Below, piece by piece: positions 15,284 through 24,421 of a stretch of DNA of 64,000 nt. Positions within the stretch are counted from its first letter, which is position 1; each line of letters opens with the position of its first letter. A program made the position numbers and the translations under genes. This stretch comes from Gaiellaceae bacterium (GTDB taxonomy: Bacteria > Actinomycetota > Thermoleophilia > Gaiellales > Gaiellaceae), in contig JAWVDC010000071.1 of assembly GCA_033857715.1 (NCBI GenBank), positions 11,932 to 75,931 of the forward strand, in the 5' to 3' direction. The notes under the pieces were generated by a model that saw only the letters and a program-made list of their open reading frames with translations, made no database searches and was not told the origin of the DNA.

Positions 15284-17659
15284 ATGGACACACCGAGATA
15301 CGAGCCACACGAGATCGAAGCCAGATGGCAGCGCGTCTGGGAGGACGAGCGCGCCTTCAACACGCCCAACCCGGTCGAAGGCGAGCCGCAGGCGGAGAAC
15401 CACTGGTACCAGCTCGAGATGCTGCCGTACCCGTCGGGCCCGAGCCTCCACATGGGCCATGTCCTCAACTACACGATGGGTGACGTCCAGACGCACGTGC
15501 GCCGCCGCAGCGGCTGGCACGTCGTGCGGCCGATGGGCTGGGACGCGTTCGGCCTCCCCGCGGAGAACGCTGCGATCAAGGAAGGCCGCCATCCGCGCGT
15601 CACGATCGAGGCGAACATCGAGACGATGCGGCGCCAGATGAAGCGCCTCGGCTGGGCGATCGACTGGGAACGCGAGGTCGCCGCGCACCAGCCGACGTTC
15701 TACCGCTGGACGCAGTGGCTCTTCCAGCAGTTCGTCGCGCACGACCTCTGTTACCGGCGCGAGGGGCCGGTCAACTGGTGCCCGAACGACCAGACCGTCA
15801 TCGCGAACGAGTACGTCGTCGACGGCCACTGCGAGCGCTGCGGCGCCGAGGTCGAGCTGCGGAACATGACGCAGTGGTTCATGCGCACGACCGCGTACGC
15901 CGACGAGCTGCTCGAGTATCCGGGCGCGGACTGGCCGGAGAAGACGAAGGCGATCCAGCGCAACTGGATCGGGCGCTCCGAGGGCGCCGAGGTTCTGTTC
16001 CGCTGCGAGGAGACCGGCGACGACATCGCCGTCTTCACGACGCGCCCCGACACGCTGTTCGGCGCGACGTTCATGGTGCTCGCGCCCGAGCATCCGTTCG
16101 TCGACGCACACGCGAGCGACGAGGCGAAGGAGTACGCGCGGCGCGCCGGCGCGCGCTCGGTCGAGGATCGCTCAGCCGCGGTCGAGAAGACAGGCGTCTT
16201 CACGGGTCTCCACGCGGTCAATCCGGGGAATGGCGAGAAGCTCCCAATCTGGGTCGCCGACTACGTCCTCATGGACTACGGCACCGGCGCGATCATGGCC
16301 GTCCCCGTGCACGACGAGCGCGACGGCGAGTTCGCGGAGACGTTCTCACTGCCCGTCGTCCAGGTGATCGACGAGGCCGGGAAGCTCGTCAACTCCGGGC
16401 GTTTCGACGGCATGCCCGCCGACGAGGCGAAGCGTGCGATCGTCGCGGAACTCCAGCAGGACGGCCGCGCGAAGGCGACCGTCAACTACCGCCTCCGCGA
16501 CTGGAGCGTCTCGCGGCAGCGCTACTGGGGCTGCCCGATCCCCTTCATCCACTGCGAGAGGTGCGGCGTCGTGCCGGTGCCGGCGAGCGACCTGCCGGTG
16601 ATCCTCCCCGACATCGAGGACTACGCCCCGAAGGGCATGTCCCCGCTCGCGCAAAACGAGCAGTACATGAACGTCACATGCCCGCAGTGCGGCGGCGCGG
16701 CACGGCGCGACCCCGACACGATGGACACGTTCGTCGACTCGTCGTGGTACTTCCTGCGCTACATCGACTCGCACAACGACGAGGCGCCGTTCGACCCGTT
16801 CGTCGTCAACTACTGGCTGCCCGTCTCGCAGTACATCGGTGGCATCGACCACTCGACCGGCCACCTCCTGTACTCGCGCTTCTTCGTGAAGGCGATGAAC
16901 GACTGGGGGATGGTCGGCTTCCGCGAGCCGTTCGAGCGGGTGTTCCACCAGGGCTGGGTGACGCTCGGCGGGACGAAGATGTCGAAGACGAAGGGCAACG
17001 TCGAGGGGCCGGACGCGATCGTCGACTTTTACGGCGCCGACGCGACGCGGCTGACGATCCTCTTCATGGGGCCGGCGGATCAGGACATGGAGTGGACGCC
17101 CGACGGGGCGGAGGGCATCGGCCGCTTCCTGCGCCGGCTGTGGCGGCTCGTGCACGAAGTCGCGGAGAAGGCGCCGGCCTCCGGCGAGCCCGGCCCGCTC
17201 ACGCGCAAGGCGAACGAGACGATCGCGCGCGTGACCGACGACGTCCTGCGCCGCTTCCAGTTCCACACGCCGATCTCCGCGGTGATGGAGCTGTGCAACG
17301 AGATCTCGGCGGCGCCCGACGCGCCGGGCGCGCGCTTCGCGATGGAGACGGCCGTGTCGCTGATCCAGCCGTACGCGCCACACATCGCCGAGGAGCTGTG
17401 GGGCGTGCTCGGCCATGAGCGGCTGTGGGAGACCCCGTGGCCGGAGGCGGACGAAAGCCAGCTCGTGAGGGACACGTTCGAGCTCGTCGTGCAGGTCAAC
17501 GGCAAGGTGCGCGACCGCTTCGAGGTCGAGGCGGGGCTGAGCGAGGACGAGCTCGTCGCTCGCGCGCGCGGCTCGGAGCGAGTGCAGTCGTTCCTCGACG
17601 GAGCGGAGCCGCGAAAGACGATCGTCGTCCCCGGCAAGCTCGTGAACTTCGTCGTTTAG
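15284..17659 (+). CDS. leuS: leucyl-tRNA synthetase
   Basis: Track ORF of 791 aa. It has a HIGH-type motif (PYPSGPSLHMGHV), a KMSKS motif (GTKMSKTKGN) and the LeuS editing-domain layout. Confidence 0.95.
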   Translation: MDTPRYEPHEIEARWQRVWEDERAFNTPNPVEGEPQAENHWYQLEMLPYPSGPSLHMGHVLNYTMGDVQTHVRRRSGWHVVRPMGWDAFGLPAENAAIKEGRHPRVTIEANIETMRRQMKRLGWAIDWEREVAAHQPTFYRWTQWLFQQFVAHDLCYRREGPVNWCPNDQTVIANEYVVDGHCERCGAEVELRNMTQWFMRTTAYADELLEYPGADWPEKTKAIQRNWIGRSEGAEVLFRCEETGDDIAVFTTRPDTLFGATFMVLAPEHPFVDAHASDEAKEYARRAGARSVEDRSAAVEKTGVFTGLHAVNPGNGEKLPIWVADYVLMDYGTGAIMAVPVHDERDGEFAETFSLPVVQVIDEAGKLVNSGRFDGMPADEAKRAIVAELQQDGRAKATVNYRLRDWSVSRQRYWGCPIPFIHCERCGVVPVPASDLPVILPDIEDYAPKGMSPLAQNEQYMNVTCPQCGGAARRDPDTMDTFVDSSWYFLRYIDSHNDEAPFDPFVVNYWLPVSQYIGGIDHSTGHLLYSRFFVKAMNDWGMVGFREPFERVFHQGWVTLGGTKMSKTKGNVEGPDAIVDFYGADATRLTILFMGPADQDMEWTPDGAEGIGRFLRRLWRLVHEVAEKAPASGEPGPLTRKANETIARVTDDVLRRFQFHTPISAVMELCNEISAAPDAPGARFAMETAVSLIQPYAPHIAEELWGVLGHERLWETPWPEADESQLVRDTFELVVQVNGKVRDRFEVEAGLSEDELVARARGSERVQSFLDGAEPRKTIVVPGKLVNFVV

Positions 17660-17668
17660 GGTCGCGCT

Positions 17669-18133
17669 ATGGAGATCGTCAACCTGCTCTCGATCCCGGT
17701 CGGCGGAGCGATGGAGCACGAAGGATTTCGGGTCCGCGGCGTCGGCGTCGGCCGGAGGATCGGCGCCGAGCTGCTCGGCGGTGGTCTCTACGAGATCGAT
17801 CCGGGCAAGAAGTTGTGGCCGTATCACGTGCACCACGCGAACGAGGAGTGGGTCGTCGTTGTCCGAGGCCGGCCGACGCTGCGCACGCCAGACGGCGACC
17901 GCGAGCTCGTCGAAGGCGACGTCGCCTGCTTCCCGCGCGGTGCTGCAGGCGCGCATCAGCTCCGAAACGCGACCGACGAGACAGTCCGGGTGCTGATGCT
18001 GTCGACGATGCTCTCACCGGAGTTCATCGAATATCCCGATAGCGGGAAGGTGCTTGCGAAGGATGCGAAGGACGACGACATCTTCATGGGCCGCCTCGGC
18101 GAGCCGGCCGAGTACTGGGACGGCGAGTCCTAG
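17669..18133 (+). CDS. cupin-domain protein
   Basis: Track ORF of 154 aa with a cupin motif region: YHVHHANEEWVVVVRG...GDVACFPRG..GAHQLRN. Confidence 0.7.
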   Translation: MEIVNLLSIPVGGAMEHEGFRVRGVGVGRRIGAELLGGGLYEIDPGKKLWPYHVHHANEEWVVVVRGRPTLRTPDGDRELVEGDVACFPRGAAGAHQLRNATDETVRVLMLSTMLSPEFIEYPDSGKVLAKDAKDDDIFMGRLGEPAEYWDGES

Positions 18134-18784
18134 CTAGCGCTCGCGCGGCTGCGGCCGGTCGACGTTCCAGTGACGGCCGACTGACGCGTACCAACGGAGC
18201 CCGTCCTCGGCCTCCCGCGGGGTGAGAAGAAAGCGGCTGATCGCGCGCTGTCCTCCTTCGAAGTCACCATAGAGGACGTCGATGCTCATCCGTTGCGGCG
18301 CTTCGACCGCAGCTCGCGCCTCCGCGTACGCGTCGGCTGAGGTGTCCCGCAGGGCGCCCTGCCAGAAGCCGACGTCCCCCGGCGCGATCTAGAGGTCGCG
18401 TGTGAGCTGCGTGAAGTCGTCGAGCGCCGTTGGTCGCATGTCCGGCCCGAGCTGAATCGCGGGAAAGAGGTGCCAGCCGTGAAGGACGGCGATCCCTGTC
18501 CCGACGTTGCGGACGGCGATCGCGAGATACACCGCTTCGTCCGTTGCGCGAACGGCTCCCTGTCCGCCGGGGGCGTACAGCCAGACGTCGTCGTGGAAGC
18601 CGACCTTCTGGGGCGGATCGTCCACGCGGGAGGCGACGAGAAGGGGCCGCTGCGCGGCGAGGAGGGACATCTCCGCCACGCGTGCGGCGCGGTTCGCGGA
18701 GCGGACGGACGCGACGGTCACGCCCGCGAGGACGAGCGTCCCGCCGGCGGACGCGAGAGCGGAGATCGTCACCCAGTCGGCCAT
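18134..18784 (-). pseudogene. hypothetical membrane-anchored protein gene interrupted by an in-frame TAG at 18389-18391
   Basis: Track ORF 18389-18784 (131 aa) ends ...FTQLTRDL*. The same frame continues for 84 codons with coding-like GC3 (IAPGDVGFWQGALRDTSADAYAEARAAVEAPQRMSIDVLYGDFEGGQRAISRFLLTPREAEDGLRWYASVGRHWNVDRPQPRER*), down to the stop at 18134-18136. Confidence 0.55.
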
Positions 18785-18848
18785 TTCGTGACCCTATCGC
18801 CACGAAGTCTCGACAGACACGGCACGCCTCAACGGGCAGCGTTGGCGT

Positions 18849-19439
18849 GTGGCCTTTCTTCAATCGCTCACGCGGAGGCAACTCTTCGGCGGCGCGCTCG
18901 CGGTGGCCGTGGTGCTCGTCCTCGGGTTCCGGCACTTCGGAGGCGGCGCTGCCGGTGCCGCGGCTCCGAGCTACGCGCCCCTCCCCGCGCGCACCGCGAA
19001 GCCTGCGGCGGCGAAGCTCCTGGTCATCGACGTCGCGGGAGACGTCCGGCGTCCCGGCCTCTACCAGGTGCCCGCCGGCTCGCGGGTCGACGATGCGATC
19101 GCGGCGGCCGGCGGCGCGACGCGCAAGGCACAGCTCGACGCGGTCAACCTCGCGGCGCCGGTGGCCGACGGGGAGCAGATCGTCGTCCCGGGTAGCGGCG
19201 CGGGCGGCGCCGCGGCGGCTTCCTCCCCCGCCGGCTCGTCGCCGTCTGCGCCGCTCGATCTCAACTCCGCGAGCCTCGAGCAGCTCGAGGCGCTGCCGGG
19301 GATCGGGCCCGTTACCGCGCAGAAGATCCTCGACTACCGACAGCAGCACGGCGCATTCCACGCGGTGGCGGAGCTCGAGGGCGTGCCGGGGATCGGGCCC
19401 GCGCACATGGCGCAGCTGAAGGATCTGGTGATCCCGTGA
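18849..19439 (+). CDS. comEA: ComEA-family DNA-binding competence protein
   Basis: Track ORF of 196 aa with a GTG start and an N-terminal anchor. It has a SLBB-like block (LLVIDVAGDVRRPGLYQVPAGSRVDDAIAAAGG). The C-terminus carries tandem helix-hairpin-helix motifs: LNSASLEQLEALPGIGPVTAQKIL and LEGVPGIGPAHMAQL. Confidence 0.8.
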   Translation: MAFLQSLTRRQLFGGALAVAVVLVLGFRHFGGGAAGAAAPSYAPLPARTAKPAAAKLLVIDVAGDVRRPGLYQVPAGSRVDDAIAAAGGATRKAQLDAVNLAAPVADGEQIVVPGSGAGGAAAASSPAGSSPSAPLDLNSASLEQLEALPGIGPVTAQKILDYRQQHGAFHAVAELEGVPGIGPAHMAQLKDLVIP

Positions 19440-19440
19440 C

Positions 19441-20967
19441 TTGAGCTGGCGGCTACCGCATATCGTCGTCGGTGCCGTGTGCGTCGGTTGCGCGGGTGCC
19501 AACGCGGCGCGCGTGCCGGCGCTTCCAGCCGTGCTCGCAGCCGGTGTCGCCGGCGGGCTCGTGCTCGTTCTCGCCGACCAGCGTTCCCGCCTCGTGTTGT
19601 CGGCGATCGCGGTCGTCCTCGGCAGCTGGGCGTGGGGGAGCGTCCGCCTCGCGGAGCTCGATCGGAGCGTCCTTGTCCCGCACATAGGCACCGTCGAGCG
19701 CGCGCTCGTCGAGGTGGACGAATCACCGAGAGCCGGCAGTTTCGACCAGCGCGCGCGGGCGATTCTGCTCCGTTGGGGCTCGCTCCGCCCGGCCGAGCCG
19801 GTCTACCTCCAGCTGCCGCTCGGCCGTTCCCCGCCGCCGGGCGCCGACATCTCGCTGCTTGCCGAGCTCCGCGCGCCGACCGGGCCGTCGAACGGCTTCG
19901 ACGAGGGGACATGGCTGCGACGGCAAGGGATCCATGTCGTTCTCCGCGCGAAGGGATCGTGGCGCGTCGTCGGGCGGCGGGGTGGGATCTACGCGCTGGG
20001 CGACCGCGTCGAGCGGTGGCTCGCGGGTGACAGCGCACGAGGCCTGAGCGGGGAGCGTCGGAACGTCATCGAAGCGATCGTGCTCGGCCGGTCGAGTCTC
20101 GTCGGCGAGTCGCTACTTCCCGACTTCCGCGCCTCCGGTCTGTACCACTGCCTCGCTGTCGACGGGCTGAAGGTGGCGACGATCGCGCTCGCGGTCGTGA
20201 CGCTCGTTCTCCTCGCCGGCCTGGGAAGGCTCGTGGCCGAGATCGCAGCGCTCGCCGCCGTCGCCGCGTACGCGCTCGCGGTCGGCCTCCACCCGTCGGT
20301 CGTACGGGCCGGGATTGCCGCCGCCCTCGGCTCGCTCGCGTGGCTCGCGGCGCGCCAGCGCGACCGGTGGCAGGCCCTCCTCGTCGGCGCGGCGGTCCTC
20401 CTTGCCTGGAACCCGTACTCGCTTCTCGACGCTGGCTTCCAGCTCTCGTTCGCGGCCGTCGCGTCGATCTTCGTCGTCACGCCGCGCGTCGTCCGCGCGC
20501 TCGAGGGCTACCCCGTCTCGCACGAGGTCGCGCAGCTGATCGGCGTCTCGACCGCCTGCGGCTTGGCCACCGCGCCGGTGACCTGGCTCCAGTTCCACGA
20601 GATCTCCCTCGTGACCGTCCCGGCGAACGTGGTCGCGGTCCCCGTGGTCGTGGAGGTGCTCGGCCTCGCGCTCCTGACGGCGGCCATTGCACCGTTCGCG
20701 CCACCGGTCGCGGCCGCGCTCGCGTGGATCAACGGCTGGGGCGCATGGCTCGTCGCGGCGTGCGCCCGCGTGTTCGGAAGCCTGCCGGCGGCCGAGATCA
20801 CGTCGGGCCGCTGGGCCGCAGTCCTCGGCCTGGGCGCGGTCGGGGCAGCCGCCTATGCTTGGCAACGTGGCGAACGAACGCGCGCTGAAGCCCGTCTACC
20901 TGTTCATGGGGAGCGACCGGCCGAAGATCGCGCTCGCTCTCCAGCGGCTCCGGGCACGGATCGGTGA
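19441..20967 (+). CDS. comEC: ComEC/Rec2-family competence channel protein (508 aa, no C-terminal metallo-beta-lactamase domain)
   Basis: Track ORF with a TTG start. It is polytopic, with ComEC core blocks (FRASGLYHCLAVDGLKV, GFQLSFAAV). Its length is too short for the nuclease domain. Confidence 0.75.
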   Translation: MSWRLPHIVVGAVCVGCAGANAARVPALPAVLAAGVAGGLVLVLADQRSRLVLSAIAVVLGSWAWGSVRLAELDRSVLVPHIGTVERALVEVDESPRAGSFDQRARAILLRWGSLRPAEPVYLQLPLGRSPPPGADISLLAELRAPTGPSNGFDEGTWLRRQGIHVVLRAKGSWRVVGRRGGIYALGDRVERWLAGDSARGLSGERRNVIEAIVLGRSSLVGESLLPDFRASGLYHCLAVDGLKVATIALAVVTLVLLAGLGRLVAEIAALAAVAAYALAVGLHPSVVRAGIAAALGSLAWLAARQRDRWQALLVGAAVLLAWNPYSLLDAGFQLSFAAVASIFVVTPRVVRALEGYPVSHEVAQLIGVSTACGLATAPVTWLQFHEISLVTVPANVVAVPVVVEVLGLALLTAAIAPFAPPVAAALAWINGWGAWLVAACARVFGSLPAAEITSGRWAAVLGLGAVGAAAYAWQRGERTRAEARLPVHGERPAEDRARSPAAPGTDR

Positions 20968-21841
20968 GGACGCGACGGAGAACCTCCACGCGTCCGAGGC
21001 GTCCGGCGCCGACGCGGTCTCGGCTTGCAACTCCCTCGGCCTCTTCGGCGGTGAGTCCCGCGCGGTGGTCGTCTCCGGTGTCGAAGCGTGGAAGGCCGCC
21101 GACGTCAAGGAAGTCGAGCAGTACCTCGCCTCGCCCGCCCCCGACACCGTCCTCGTCCTCGTCGCCGAAGCGGTGAAGAAGGACTCCGCGCTCGCGAAGG
21201 CGGTCGCGAAAACGGGCGACTTCATCCCGTACGAGGTGAGCAAGAAGCAAATGCCGGAGTGGGTCGGCGAGCAGTTCGCGCGCCTCGGCGCGACCGCCGA
21301 TCGCGATGCCTGCCGCTCCCTCGTCGAGGCGGTGGGTGACGACATCGGCGATCTCGCCTCCGAGATCCAAAAGCTCGCGACGTGGGCGAACGGCGAGGCG
21401 ATCACCCGTGCCGTCGTCGAGGAGCTCGCCGTCGGCCGCGCCGAGACGCCAATCTTCGCGGTGACGGACTCGTGGGGAAGTCGCGACGTCGCGGGCACCC
21501 TGCGAGCGACCGAGTCGCTGTTCGAGCGCTCGTCGCGTGCGCGCTCCGGCGAGCTGATGCGGATCATCGGCTCGCTCGTCAGTCACGTCGGCCGCGTCCG
21601 GAAGATCGCCGCGCTCGCCGACGAGGGCGTCCGGTCGAGCGAGATCGCCTCACGGCTCAAGGTGCATCCCTTCGTCGCAGAGAAGTCAGCGCGCCAGGCC
21701 CGCAACTTCTCAGCCGACGAGCTCGCGCAGGCGACGGTCAAGCTCGCCGAACTCGACGCAGGCGCAAAGGGCGGGTCGCGGCTCCCCGCGGACCTTCAGC
21801 TCGAGCGGACGCTCGTCGAGATCACAAGCCCCGCGAAGTAG
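20855..21841 (+). CDS. holA: DNA polymerase III delta subunit
   Basis: Start re-picked at Met 20855 (MLGNVANERALKPVYLFMGSD...); alternatives are 20867 and 20906. The layout is delta-subunit-like and the position after comEC is conserved. It overlaps the comEC 3' end. Confidence 0.7.
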   Translation: MLGNVANERALKPVYLFMGSDRPKIALALQRLRARIGEDATENLHASEASGADAVSACNSLGLFGGESRAVVVSGVEAWKAADVKEVEQYLASPAPDTVLVLVAEAVKKDSALAKAVAKTGDFIPYEVSKKQMPEWVGEQFARLGATADRDACRSLVEAVGDDIGDLASEIQKLATWANGEAITRAVVEELAVGRAETPIFAVTDSWGSRDVAGTLRATESLFERSSRARSGELMRIIGSLVSHVGRVRKIAALADEGVRSSEIASRLKVHPFVAEKSARQARNFSADELAQATVKLAELDAGAKGGSRLPADLQLERTLVEITSPAK

Positions 21842-21850
21842 CGGGCGGCG

Positions 21851-22126
21851 CTAGCTCTCGTCGGCGGGCGTGCCGGCGGCGAGCTTCGCGGCCTGCGACT
21901 TGCGGCGCGCGACGGTGTTCTTGTGGAGGACGCCGCTGGAGACGGCGCGGTCGAGCCAGCGGACGAGCTCGCGGTGCGCGGTCTCGGTGGCCTCGGAGTC
22001 GGCGGCCTCGGACGCCTCGCGTAGCCGCCGCATCAGCGTCTTCGCGGTGGAGCGCCAGCGCAGATTCTCCTGCCGCTGGCGGGCCGCCTGGCGCACGCGC
22101 TTCTCCTGTTGCTTGATATTCGGCAT
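21851..22126 (-). CDS. rpsT: 30S ribosomal protein S20
   Basis: Track ORF of 91 aa: MPNIKQQEKRVRQAARQRQENLRWRS...HKNTVARRKS. Confidence 0.9.
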   Translation of the reverse strand: MPNIKQQEKRVRQAARQRQENLRWRSTAKTLMRRLREASEAADSEATETAHRELVRWLDRAVSSGVLHKNTVARRKSQAAKLAAGTPADES

Positions 22127-22192
22127 CTCGTGAAAGCGCCCGCGAAACGCGGGCCGGGCGATGGTAGCAACCCCTCTCCCTATGCTGCCTTC

Positions 22193-24049
22193 GTGGAAGA
22201 GGCAGAGGACGAGGTCGACCGGGAGCGACGCGCGAGGCAGCTCGAACGCGACCGGCGCCGGCGCGAGCAGGGAAAGCAGACGTACTTCGAAGACACACCG
22301 GCCGACACGTTCGTCGAGTCGGCTCCGCCGGATGAGCCGACCGCGATCGTCGAGCGCAGCGACCTCGAGCTACCGCCCCCGGTAGAAGGCCTCGAGTCGA
22401 CTCCACCCGCTCGACCCAACGAGATCGTCGGGCGCAGCGATCTCGAGCTACCGGTCGAGGAGCCGCCCATAGAGGGAGAGTTGCCCGAGGCCCAGCGTGG
22501 GCTCGCCCGCTCGGGAGTCATCTTCGCGGTCGCAACGGGCCTTTCACGGGTCGTCGGCCTGGTCCGGGAGATCGTCCAGGCGGCGGTGTTCGGGATCTCG
22601 GGCCCGGTCAACGCCTTCGAGATCGCGTTCCTCATCCCGAACACGGTGCGCTCGCTCGTTGCCGACTCGGCGTTGTCGGCCGCGTTCGTCCCGGTCTTCA
22701 GCGACCTCCTCGTCAAAGGCGAGCGGCAGCGTGCATGGCGAGTCGCGTCGTCGCTCTTTTGGCTGATGCTGCTCGGGCTCGGAGGCCTGACGGCGCTCTT
22801 TGTCGTGATCGCGCCATGGGTGATGGCGCTCTTCGGCTTCGGTCCCGGCCACAAGTACGCGGTGCTCGCAGCCGGCCTCGCGCGCATTCTCTTCCCGCTC
22901 GTGCTCGTGCTCGGCCTGACGGGGATCGTCGTCGGAGTCCTCAACAGCTACGACCACTTCACCATTCCGGCGCTCACGCCGATCGCGTGGAACCTCGTCA
23001 TCCTCCTCGGGCTCGGGCTTGGCGTGCAGAGCTCGCACGCGCAGTCGACGCGGCTCTACTGGTACGCCGCGGCCATCCTCGTCGCGACCATCGTCCAGTT
23101 CCTGTTGCCGCTGCCCTGGCTGCGCGGCCGGGACGACCGACTACGGATGGCGATCGACATCCACGACCCCGCCGTAAAGCAGACGTTCAAGCTGATGCTG
23201 CCGGTGACGATCGGGCTCGGCCTGATCAACATCAACGCGGCGATCGACCAGCTCTTCGCGACGCACTTCCTCGATCCGCTTCAGGCGCCCGCGGCGATCG
23301 TGCGCGCTTTCCGCCTGTACATGCTCCCGCAGGGCGTGTTCTCCGTCGCCGTCGCGACCGTCCTGTTCCCGCTGCTGTCGCGGCACTCGGCGCGCGAGGA
23401 CTGGGAGGGGTTCAAGACGACGATCGCGATGGGCCTCCGGTTCATCTCGTTCCTCCTGCTTCCGGCAAGCGCGGCGGCGGCTGTGCTGGCCATGCCGATC
23501 GTGCGGCTCCTGTACCAGCACGGTGTGTTCACGGCCGAGCAGACGCACGTCGTTGCGCCGTGCCTGGCGGCGTTCGCGCTCGGGTTGACGTTCAACGGGA
23601 CGATGCTGATGCTCAACCGCGGCTTCTTCTCGCTGCAGTCGGCGTGGATCCCGACCGTCGTCGCGCTCATGAACCTCGCGATCAATGCGGGCCTCGACGC
23701 GGCGTTCTACCGCGTCGGAGTCTGGGGGATCCCGCTCTCGACCTCGATCGTCAACATCGCCGGCACGTGGGCGATGCTCATCCTCTTCCGGCGGCGCCTC
23801 GGCGGCTTCGACATGCGGGAGACGGTGGAGCGGTTCATGCTCGTCGCGGTCGCGTCGGCGGTGCTCGCTGCGGTCGCGTGGTGGACATGGCACCTCCTCG
23901 ACTTGGGGCTCGGCCAGTCCCTGGCGGCGCAGATCGTCTCTCTCGGCAGCGCGCTCGTCCTCGGCTACGCCGCCTTCTTCGGTGTGTGCCGGTTGTTGGA
24001 CGTGCGTGAGCTGGAGACGCTGCTGCGCCTGCGACGCGGCGGCGCTTGA
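22193..24049 (+). CDS. murJ: lipid II flippase MurJ with ~100-130 aa low-complexity N-terminal extension
   Basis: Track ORF 22109-24049. A TTG at 22109 would overlap the rpsT start, so GTG 22193 (or 22130) is preferred. The MurJ core starts near 22500 (GLSRVVGLVREIVQAAVFG..GPVNAFEIAFLIPN) and has about 14 helices. Confidence 0.8.
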   Translation: MEEAEDEVDRERRARQLERDRRRREQGKQTYFEDTPADTFVESAPPDEPTAIVERSDLELPPPVEGLESTPPARPNEIVGRSDLELPVEEPPIEGELPEAQRGLARSGVIFAVATGLSRVVGLVREIVQAAVFGISGPVNAFEIAFLIPNTVRSLVADSALSAAFVPVFSDLLVKGERQRAWRVASSLFWLMLLGLGGLTALFVVIAPWVMALFGFGPGHKYAVLAAGLARILFPLVLVLGLTGIVVGVLNSYDHFTIPALTPIAWNLVILLGLGLGVQSSHAQSTRLYWYAAAILVATIVQFLLPLPWLRGRDDRLRMAIDIHDPAVKQTFKLMLPVTIGLGLININAAIDQLFATHFLDPLQAPAAIVRAFRLYMLPQGVFSVAVATVLFPLLSRHSAREDWEGFKTTIAMGLRFISFLLLPASAAAAVLAMPIVRLLYQHGVFTAEQTHVVAPCLAAFALGLTFNGTMLMLNRGFFSLQSAWIPTVVALMNLAINAGLDAAFYRVGVWGIPLSTSIVNIAGTWAMLILFRRRLGGFDMRETVERFMLVAVASAVLAAVAWWTWHLLDLGLGQSLAAQIVSLGSALVLGYAAFFGVCRLLDVRELETLLRLRRGGA

Positions 24050-24103
24050 CGCGCGCCGCGCGTGTCGCGACACTCGCGCCGACAACGACGAGGAGGTTGA
24101 AGC

Positions 24104-24421
24104 GTGTCAGTGCTCATGACCATGGTGCTCGACGGCGACGGTGCGAATCTCGAACGCTTTGCGGCGGAGAACCCCGATCAGATCAAGGCCATCCGCGACC
24201 ACGCCGTCGAGCACGGCCTGATCGGGCATCGGTTCTATGCGTCCGAGGGCCAGATCATGGTCGTCGACGAGTGGCCCGACGCGGAGAGTTTCCTCTCGTT
24301 CTTCGGCCACGTCGAAGGCGAGGTCGCCGCGATGATGGAAGCCGTCGGAGTCACCGGCCGGCCGCAGCCGATGTTCTGGCGCGAGCTCGAGTCGCACGAC
24401 AAGTACGGCTGGGGGGAGTAG
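24104..24421 (+). CDS. hypothetical small cytoplasmic protein (105 aa), ABM/dimeric alpha-beta-barrel-like by impression only
   Basis: Track ORF with good codon bias. No motif is firmly recognised. Confidence 0.5.
   Translation: MSVLMTMVLDGDGANLERFAAENPDQIKAIRDHAVEHGLIGHRFYASEGQIMVVDEWPDAESFLSFFGHVEGEVAAMMEAVGVTGRPQPMFWRELESHDKYGWGE

Noticed and set aside
18389-18391. Programmed recoding of the in-frame TAG (pyrrolysine or dedicated suppression).
   Set aside because: TAG is used as an ordinary stop by many genes in this window. No pyl genes or PYLIS-like context are visible. A simple TAC-to-TAG nonsense mutation explains the observation.
20687-20854. N-terminal 56-codon extension of holA suggested by track ORF 20687-21841.
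   Set aside because: The extension (MHRSRHRSRPRSRGSTAG...) is low-complexity Arg/Ser and lies in an alternative frame of comEC. Homology begins at ...KPVYLF, just after Met 20855.
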